NCBI GenBank assembly: GCA_012295275.1
Contig: CM022678.1
Span: 8,804,001 to 8,868,000 of the forward strand
Direction: 5' to 3'
Length of the DNA: 64,000 nucleotides
Source: Chrysomallon squamiferum
Lineage: Eukaryota; Animalia; Mollusca
Part shown: piece after piece, positions 53,891 through 64,000 of the stretch
Layout of the letters: every line of letters starts with the position of its first letter
Position numbering within the stretch: position 1 is the first letter of the stretch
Translations under genes and position numbers: made by a program
The notes under the pieces: model-generated
Told to the model about the DNA's origin: nothing
Seen by the model: only the letters and a program-made list of their open reading frames with translations
Databases searched by the model: none

Positions 53891-56821
53891 TAGTATTCTT
53901 CCATATTTCCATTAGCATTGTTTTATTTCTTTTTAGCTTATATTTGTACTAGAAGTAATCAAAACCATTTCTTGTTTTGTTTTAAACTGCCAGAATACAG
54001 TCTACTTTATTTTGTTTTGATTTGAAAGTTTAAAAATTAATTTTGCTTTTGTTTCTACTATAATTTGATGATTCTTAGAATTTAGTACATTTATAATTTA
54101 GTCATTTCAAAAAAAATAATAGAAATGTCATCAAAGAATCTGTACTAACCTGGCAGAAACAGGAGCATCTGCAGAGGTTGTTGTTGCTGTTATAGTAATA
54201 GCAGTAATAGTAGTACAACCCATTGTTGTAGTAGTGTAGTTGTTATAGCATTAGTACTTAATAATAATAGTACTTGTTTGTAGTAATAGGTGATATTTTA
54301 GCCAATGATGCTTTGTCATCTAACGTATCTTGTGTGACTAATGGTCAGAAAAATATTAGCTGTAGTCATAGTACTAGATGTAGTAGTAGTAGCAGTACTA
54401 ATAGTAATTTTGTTTTTGGAACAGTAGTAGTAGTAATGGAGGGAGTGTGAGTTAAATGACAGTTAAATGAGAAATTGTTATGATAAAAGTAAAGTGAAAA
54501 GTAGCTGTGGCAACAGGAGCAGTAGTTGTAGTAGTAGTTGTTGTTTTTGTTATAAAATAATAGATTTCTTATTTGAATTGGGGGAAAAAGAAAGAAAACT
54601 GATTAATGCTTTATTTAATATTTTGTTTGTTTACTTATTTAATATTAGATTCGGTATTTGATCGATTGATTGATTGATCAATTGATTGATTTGTTTATTT
54701 ATTTATCTACTCAGATGAGGCACCCACCAATCAGAATCAGACCAGTGAGTTGTCCATTTCTTGGTTAATGTCGTGTCAAAGTTTTGACGATGATCAGCTC
54801 AATGTTGGTGACCTTGAGCCCCACAGTCACTACAGCCGACCATGTTGAACTACAACGATTCTGACAGATGAAGTTGAAGAGTGTCACACCAGGTGACCAA
54901 TCTCAACAGTCGAATGTCAGTGATCATGGAGAAAAACTTGAACCTTTAATGTCAGCCATGCTAAAACCAGCCAAAGAAAAACACTTAAATCATTGAAAAG
55001 CAGAGGAAAGAGACGAGACTCCCAGAAAGATGACAACGTCTCCAACAAAGCCTAGGAAACCTCCTCAAACATCACCAGTCACAGCTGATGTAGTTCCAGT
55101 CAAGGGGAGATAACTGGAAGCCACTGTTTCTCTGAATCTCAACACCAGATGAACCAGTAAGTGTCATTTCAGTGTATGACACTCCACTAACAAAGAAAAT
55201 GTATTGATATATTAAATAATATGTATATTTGTTCATTTACACAGGATTAGAATTTCCTGGTGTATGTTTCTGTAATATGAAAAGTAAAGTAATGTATGAT
55301 CTCTAAAATTTCAAATACTAGAGAAATAATTGTCTTATAGTCAGGAAATTTTATATTTTTATTATTGTTAAAAAGGTTTATTTAAATATTTTATGTTGAG
55401 AAATATATAATTAGGTAAAACTTTTAAACTATAACCATTTATTTTATTTGTATGCATGTATTTTGTTATATGCTTATACAACTCAGTTTTTTCTATGTTC
55501 AGTATTTCAGAAACTGTGACTGCTTGTTTCTGAAAATTGAAATCCTTCTTCAGCATTTTGATCTGCTGTTGGTGATGTGATGTCACCTTCATTTTCACTG
55601 GATTCAGAGGTTAGTTGTTTTTATATTTTTATTTAGTTTATAAGAATGACAATCCTTAAATATCACAGATATCGGGTTTATTTTAATTATAAATGTTGTT
55701 TGATATAAAATTTAGCTTCAAAGAATGATCAGATACAATTTTTTTTTTCTGATTTTTTCTTTTCATAGATGCCAATTTTGTTGTATCAAGCAGCAACCTT
55801 GAGAATTATCTAAAAAACAGCTGAAATCACTTTTCTCTGGTGTGTGGCAAAAGTTTTATTTCTCTGTAACATTTATAATGAATTTAATGTATTTATGCAG
55901 TAATTAAGTATCCTAAAATTGTCAAGGATTGGGGAAAATAATGAAAAATGAAAAGATAAAATCATTAAAATCCTTTATTATTAGACAGGGTCCTTCATTA
56001 AATGGATTATTTATTTATTTATGATTTCAGTTTATTGTTTTTCTTGTTACTCTCATTATTAATATAATTTATTTATCTGTTTTTAATCATGATCATCATT
56101 ATTATTATTTTTATTTTATTATTGTTAATATTATAAACATTTGTTTTATGACTTCTGTGTCACTGAATATGATTGTTTTTTAAATTTCAGTATATCACAT
56201 ATTTTTTTTATTTCACACAGTTCTCTGGTGTGAGACACTACAAGTCTACCTAACTGTGAAGATTTCTGGTGAAACATTGGCTGACTACAATCTGAACAAA
56301 CTGGAGGAAGGATCCCAGCTCTGTTATAAAATCTTCATTTACATCAGGTACTGCCTTTTTTGTTACACCTTGTTGTATTTGATTTAGATTCTTGAGAAAA
56401 ATGGTTTTAATGTTATTCTATTGACAAAGATAACAGTCAGTAACAGTAAAATGATAGCAGCAATTCATCTGGTGATACAACATTTATAAATGTTGTGTTT
56501 TGGAAAAAAAAGATTTTTAAATAGTTTTAAAATAAAATATTATAGATGGCTATTTATTTTGTTTTGTTATTCTTATTATCTTATTTAAAAAGGTGTACTT
56601 GCCCAAGCAAAGAATTAGTTTTTAATTGTGTTCTTGGTTTTCAAAAGAAAAGTGAATTTTCTAAATTATAATATATTGGATTTTAGAGTCATCTGTTAAT
56701 TGAGATATTTCACATTCCACTGTGCATGTGCCCATTGCCGGGTAATTCGAGGATGCAAATTGCAAGATCTCAGCAAAATAGCCCTACTTGTAAATTGGTG
56801 GGCAAAACCAATCATTCTGTA

Positions 56822-57045
56822 ATGGGAGGCCATGACCTGTGTTCAGTTATTAACTGTTCCAATTGCAGACATCTGGGAAATTTGTTATCCTTCTATCAAT
56901 ATCCAGCCAATGCAGATCAGAAACATTTGAGGGTAATCACTTCACATAGAAATGGAAAAGATTTTAATGTCACTGAAAACAGACAAGGGTTTGTTCAGCA
57001 TATTTTGTAGGTGGGAAGCCAGTGAACTATGTACCCACTCTGAGT
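56822..57045 (+). mobile_element. Decayed THAP (C2CH) zinc-finger coding fragment
   Basis: MGGHDLCSVINCSN...SFYQYPAN...FNVTEN, then after a frameshift RVCSAYFVGGKP..YVPTL. This is the THAP pattern C-x4-C...F..FP...VCS.HF...VPT with H and W lost. Confidence 0.7.
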
Positions 57046-57153
57046 ATTAGATGGGAAATTGTCACAACACCTAGGATAACAAAAACAAATGAAATTAAAC
57101 AGATGGTTCAGATAACTGCAGAGAACAATAGTTTCAGTTATATTCTTAATTAT

Positions 57154-57520
57154 TCAATCTACTGCAACTAGTTGAGGTGTTTGTTGCTTGGAGTCACAAA
57201 TACTGAGTAGGGGTTGTACAAGTATGTATGTGTTTATGTATTTAGAGAACAGACTATACTGAGACCTTTTTAGCCATCGATTCAAAGTTAACAAAAGTCC
57301 ATGACAGACATCATGGTCTTTTACGCTTGTGCACATAAAAGCTTTGTACATATCCATCCTAGAAATTTTTAAAATAATTTGAAATCAGGTGTTATCAAAA
57401 TCCTAGGGTACAAGTTGCAGAGACTTTGTCCAAGTTGTTGCACTGCATTTTAATATGAACCATTCTGTTGTAGATTTCTGTGGACTCTTTTTCTATGGCC
57501 CTTCCACCATCTAATGCAAA
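57154..57520 (-). mobile_element. Possible decayed Harbinger-type transposase N-terminus
   Basis: SNYFKNF.RMD..F...LLLTLNRWL..SQYSLF resembles Harbinger F.NF.RM....F...L.LTLR.LA.G.SY.SL. Very degenerate. Confidence 0.4.
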
Positions 57521-58737
57521 ACATGTAGATGTTAGTTGTCAAAGTTTAAAGTCTCCTATGAAGCTACTCATGTCACCCATAACAACCTGTCAAGCTGCTA
57601 ATTTGTAAATAGACTAGTTTCAGTCTGTTTTGTCAAAGGATATTACTCTTTTTAGTAAAAAAATATGTTGTACATGTTTAGGAATGAATATGAAACATTT
57701 TAATTTTCTCAAAACATTTTCATGCTGAAGCATTAATATGAGATTATTTTAGGTATAAGGAGATGTTTTAATGTGTGATAAAAAGAGGAAAATACAGCTG
57801 AAGACTTTAAACAGTGGTGATGTCTTTTCTCCTCAATCAAGATATGATTTTATAATTTTATGTTTTTATGTTCTTTAATGACTATTAAATTATTACTGTT
57901 TAATCAGGTATTTCTAGTTTAATACATTCAGTCAAAGATTAATATTAAAATTAAAATATACTGTTCTACAAAAACAAAACAGATACTGTCTTCAAACATC
58001 AAGACATTCTTTACTGAACCTATTAATATGGTGTAGTTGTTGGTATGGAAAATGTTTAAATGATAATCATTATTATTTAATTGTGTTTTACAAGAATCTC
58101 ATTATGGAATGTTAGAATGTTCAATCACTAATATCTTGGGAACAATATTTTAGATTTTTATATAATTTTCACTGCTAAGACAAAGCTCCTTAAATTCATT
58201 GTTTTACTGTTGATTAGAGATTGACAATAAACCACAGTTGTTTGTTTATAAATAAAATGAATCCAGGTGGATTATGATAGATAACAGTACACAATTACCT
58301 CTACAGTAAAGATTACAATTTACAAACCTAAGGAACCTAGGATCTGAGACTTGAGGTTCCACTAACTTGAAATAGTAGACTTGACAGGGCAGACAACAAG
58401 TAATTATACACTTTGATTCAGGTTGTAGAAATATCATCCTGAATGAAACAATTCCAGTGAAAGTCTGTCTCTCATGTGTCATTGATGTAACTGTGGAAGT
58501 CAGATTTCTAATATTTCTTAATAAGTGATTTTTAAAGAAAAGTCTTCCCATTTCAATGAACAATAGCTACTTAATATTTTCAATTAAATTGATGCACAAT
58601 ATAGATAAGTAAGTTTTGAAGCAGTAGATTAATTAGCCCTAACAGCAAATATATATATATAGTGTGTTACTTTATTGTAATAAAAATTATTAGTATTAAT
58701 ATTAAAGCAGTAGATATTTTCACTACTATTATTACCG

Positions 58738-58769
<32 letters not shown>

Positions 58770-59368
58770 CTTCTTCTTCTTCTTCTTCTTCTTCTTCTTC
58801 TCATTATTATTATTATTATTATTATTATGATTATTATTATTTATAGGATGGTTTGATGGAGTTCAGTGCACAGACATGTGAAAGCAGAAATGAAAATCCA
58901 TGGCCAAGTTTGATGAAGATTTGAGTTTTTGCTATCAAAGTTTTGATAGTTGATGCCAGACTGATTCAGAAATCATGAAACAGATGCTGGATTCAGTTCT
59001 GCCTCTTTTTTCAGTCAGTCACAGCAGTGAGAAAAATGTTTGACCAGACACAGCACCAAGTACAGTCAAGTCTGCAGTAGTCTTAAACAAGAACAAATAT
59101 TTCAAATGATACTAATGAGTGAGAAAAATAAAAACATTCAGACAATACATGATAGGGAAAATGATGTTTATTTCAAAGTGTATTGCAAACAGTGGTGAAA
59201 AATATGACATTAAGTCTTGATATAAATTTGAAAAGAAAGAGAATATGATTGATCATAGAAATTACTGATTACTTGCATTAAAAACAAAATAAATAAAATA
59301 ATAATGTTTATTTTAAGGACTTTTTTTTAAAAATATATTTCTTGTTTCATGTTTTTAATTTTTATTAC

Positions 59369-59411
<43 letters not shown>

Positions 59412-62400
59412 TTTATTATTTTTTTATTTTTTTACTTAATCATATAATCCAAATATTAAATAATAATTAAATACCAAGACTTGTGGTAAAGATTTACCCA
59501 ATAAAACATAAAATGGAAGGAAATATGTAAACCTACATATGCATGTATTTGTTGTTTCGAAGATAAAACCAGAAATTAGAAATTTACTTAATTAGTAATT
59601 TGCAGGTTATTTTGTCTGTCAAATTATATATTAACTTAAAACATTTTTGTAAACAAATGTCTTGGTATTCTTTTTTATAGTTTTACTGGATAAATCAGAA
59701 ATCTTAAAATTTTTAGTAGTTTTTCTAAAATTATATTTTTCAGATGAAAAAGTATTTTTGTTGAAATAAATATTGTAAATTATTTTGTTTTCAATTATAA
59801 TTTTTTAGCCAACATTATCAAACTGCAGTAACAAATTCCTATTTAGGAGGATAATTTTTGTTTATATTTTGACATATTAACCCAAATAAAGTATTTAATA
59901 ATCATAATTTCTTCTGTTACAATTATATTAAGTAAATTTCTTAAATGGATAAATTCATAGGTATATTAATTAGAAGGTCTATAAGATTATTTGAATTTTC
60001 TGATTCTGAAATGTGTTGTAACAAAATCAAATGAAAAATCAAAGTCTAGTTTAAACTCTTTAGAGTAAGAAAATTAAATAAATAAATAAACAGGTGTAAT
60101 CTTATTTTGGATTTTAAAGAAAAAACAAACATGCATTTTGGATTATATTTCTTTCAAACGCACGCACAGAATTTTATCCATGTCTATTTTTAGTTCCACC
60201 TGTAGATGTACAAAAAATGCAGAGCCTATGAACAGGTGAATAAAATGATGTAATTTTATCTTGTATGTGTTCATAACTTGGAATCACACCTGTAGGTACC
60301 ACTAAGAACTACATCAAACATTCTGAAATCAAGTATGGATATCATTTATATGACTCTAGTAGATATGGAATATAGTTGATATGGGATATAGTAGTATACT
60401 ATGGGTATAGCAGATATAGTGTAGTAGATACTATAGTAAATGTGAATATAATAGGTACTGTTGAGATATTTTACTACAACAGTTCATTTAAAAAAATGTA
60501 TTCATATTTGAAAGTATTGTATTATTTGTTTATTAATTTGAATCTTTACTGTTATAATTATCACATCAAAATTATCATTATTATCAAAACATGCCAGAGA
60601 TATTGTAGATAAACAAATAAATAAAAATGAATCACAAGCTCTCACAAATTATATATAAATGTTAATGTGAACACACACACCCACACAAATATCCAGTGAG
60701 TTATTTTATTTGGATATTATGTGAATGTATCATCCCTCCCTATTCTAACCAGGCTAACCATTTTACTTCATCCATTTATATCTCTTATTTATCATCCATC
60801 CATCTTTCAGTCCCATACTTCCACAAGTATACATGAATCCAGTGATTAATCTAAGCACAAAGAATCTTTTTTTTCTCACAATCACATCAAGCTGAAACTT
60901 CCAGTTTGTCACAAATGTTGTCACCTGTGATTGAAACAGACTCCTGCACTTGTCCAGTCTGCTTATTTGTATATAAATAAATAAATAAAAATGAATAAAT
61001 GTATAAATAAATAAATAACAAATAAATAAAATGATAATGACAGGCCAGGAGTTGGTTTGTTTACACATACATACACACATCCACACACACATACATAACA
61101 CACACACACACACATACGTACACATACATAGATACACACAAATACATACATACACACACATACACACACATACATACACACACACAGACATAAACACTCA
61201 CAAAGACACTGGAGGTGTAAAAAGATAGATGAATGAAAGGATAAATGAATAGAGACACATAATAAAATATTACATTAATGACTTTTATTCTCAGATGATC
61301 TCTACAAACTAATCAGTGTTTCAGTGTAAACTAATACGATAGTTAGCACGGAGTTGTCTCCGGCCACGTAGTCTTTACGTAGATAGGATTTATCTCTGAC
61401 CTTATTATACTGTACACTGACGTTATTGGATTTGTCCTGTAACCGATGGAAAAGTGATGTTAAATTTAATTGAAGAAGTGCATAGTTAAAATCTGAAGGA
61501 GAATGGGAGTTACGTCTCTGAAAGTTTCTTTTACAATAATAATAATAATAAAATTAAAATTAAAATATCCGCATACGAAAATAAATAACGGTAATAAAAA
61601 CTATATGAATATAACTGAAACCAAAGAGAAATATTCGGTTTAATCCGCCTGGTTTGTTTTTGTTGCCGTTCCGATGAATGCGTCTGGTCATAGCCGTGTA
61701 ATGAAATAATACCTTTCATTTTGATATTAGAGTGCGCGCTTTATTTTGAAGGAAATCTAATTCAGTACAAAGCTTAGCAAGGGGGAGATAAACCACGGAA
61801 CTGGTGTTAACACGAGACATGTTTCATGTATATTTTGGAAATGAATGGAAGGAAATAAATAAATAAACGCCCAATCAGGTAATCAATCTACAAGATATTT
61901 GCTGTAAATTGTAAATTTTTCGGAAAACATCAAGTTAGTTCGTTTTGTGTTAAATAGTGACGAGGCATTCTTTGTTTACATTGTGCACCTATAATCGTTT
62001 CAACGATAGCCGTATTTTTATTATTACTTAAATACAGGATGGAACTAATAAAACAATTTTCAACTGGCAATAAATATAAACATTTGTTCAAGAATAAACG
62101 TCGACTGCATAAACTAGTCCAGTGGAAAAATTGTAACTGTTGTTTTTATTTAGTGCATGGCTGCAGCTTAACACTTTGAATCATTTAAATGTATCATTAT
62201 TCCATATTTGTAACAATCGATCGCATAATATTGTTTTAACAGCAAGTTTTGACTTGAATTTATGTTACACATGTCACATTCATCTAGTATACATTTTGTA
62301 AAACAAAAAGATAAATGTGATCTAGCATTTGTAATGTGATGACATCCATACAGTAATATAATTATATATTATATATATATATTTACAATCTTATTAGTTC

Positions 62401-63109
62401 ATAAATTAAATTCTCAACCTTTTTCTTTTCTCAGTATAGGAAACAGTCTTTGAAGTTCAACAAAGTGAATCTTTCTTGATATTTACAAAGGAACCAGACT
62501 TACTTAAGACAAGTTCAAGGTATTTTAGCTTGAGTTATAATTTCTGTACTTAATAATTAACAATGCAAATAGCTTGATGTACAATAATATGATAAAAGTC
62601 TTACACAAGAATTTGTCTTACTGGATATCTTTACAAGTTTCATACCTGAATCAAATGTTCCTTCAAAATAGTTAAAGCATGGTACATATTTTTCTTATTT
62701 CCTTTTAGTAAATTAATAGAAATCATATTTTATATAGGATCCTTCTCGAAAACAACAATACTGATTCAATTTGACCAGACAGTACTTTCAGTTGTTTGTT
62801 AGTGATGGATGTAAATAATATTTGTCAAACATCTTGATAGTGTAATTGCTTGGTAATAGTACAGATAAGATTGCTTGCCTCAGTTCTTTTATTTCCTAGA
62901 TTTCCTTCTAGTGAAGCTGTGAGAATTACTGCTGTTTCAAATATAACATTAAAATGAAAGAACATATTCAGAATGACATATTTTAAGAAAGAAAATTAAT
63001 GTAGGTTTGAAAGTGAAATCTTTTTGGTTATGTTATTAGTATTTTTTAGTCATGATAAACAACATGAACAAATTAAGATAGTAATAGTTTTTATTTGACA
63101 TGTGCAGGA

Positions 63110-63830
63110 TATCCTAGTTTATTGTTAAGAGATTATCACCACTTTTATCAAGTTTATCACTTTACTTGTGATTAGTTGTGCAGTGAGTTAAAACAAATAC
63201 TTTTAGATTTATATCTAATAATATGGACATAGTAATTGTTGTACAGGATTTCAGTTAATTACCAGTGAAAACAAGATAATGAGAGAACCTGTCAGTTCTA
63301 CAACCCACCATCTAAATAACTGACATGTCAGCTGTTTGATCACTTCCTTTATTTAAATTCTGTACAGTGACTATCACACCAACTATAAATGTTGGAACCA
63401 TCTGACAGAATTAAGCTGAAGTTATATACATAGGTAATATGTTTAAATTATATATATGTAAGTTTATAATAGGATCTTCTCTTTCTCTATCTACATATAT
63501 ATATAGATATACATATATGCAACATTTGGTGGAAAAAGTGGTTTTGGAATACAGGAACCAAGTATTGTATATTTGGAAATCTATCAATATCTTGTTTTTA
63601 GAACAGTTTATATTTCTAAGATAAAGGAAACCTAAGAAAAAATGTATTGATTTTAGCATATCCTATTTTATTGTTAAGAGATTATCACTACTGTTGTGAA
63701 GTTTATCAATTTACTGGTGAGCAGTTGTGCAGTGAGTAGTTCTACTTAAAAATTAAGATTGTTTCCCAGAGGCAACCTAAAAACAAATATATTTAGATTT
63801 ATATCTAATAATATGGAGGTAGAAATTATT
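63110..63830. repeat. Local direct duplication (about 63111-63240 and 63661-63830)
   Basis: tcctagtttattgttaagagattatcac...agttgtgcagtgagt...aaaacaaata..tttagatttatatctaataatatgga occurs twice; the second copy has an internal insertion of about 40 bp. Confidence 0.8.
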
Positions 63831-64000
63831 ACCGAGGTTAAATACCTATTCCTTATTTTAAGTAAATCTGGATCATCGAATACTAAAAAAGATTTTATCA
63901 CCTGAGGTTCAGATGCAGTGTTTGCTATGTTAAAAAAAAATGTAGAGAATTCAGTTTATTACTTCACTGTCACTTACATTTGTTAGACAAGTTTGTAAAA

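Overview
AT-rich, microsatellite-dense animal genomic DNA with GT-AG introns. The gene and LINE types suggest a mollusc, probably a gastropod (inference). There are no prokaryotic features, CRISPR arrays, rRNA or tRNA. The best-preserved gene is a minus-strand TRIM-like E3 ligase (RING, coiled coil, six-bladed NHL-type propeller; about 30.3-33.4 kb). It has no B-box, and its linker is a microsatellite-derived 24-aa repeat that breaks the frame in this sequence. The rest is a mosaic of orphan or decayed exons from unrelated genes: an atypical kinase C-lobe, IRAG/MRVI1/LRMP, a deleted copy of the TRIM gene, CAMSAP/Patronin, a Hedgehog-type Hint/Hog C-terminus (missed by the ORF track) and a cbEGF array. 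These are interleaved with decayed LINEs, DNA-transposon remnants (Sola-like, THAP/Harbinger-like, pogo/psq-like, hAT-like) and minisatellites. Most supplied ORFs are simple-repeat artefacts. All family calls come from recognising motifs by eye; no database search was run. I found no convincing intact novel multi-gene system. The best leads are the B-box-less, repeat-linker TRIM-NHL, the Hog-domain fragment and the exon-capture mosaic.
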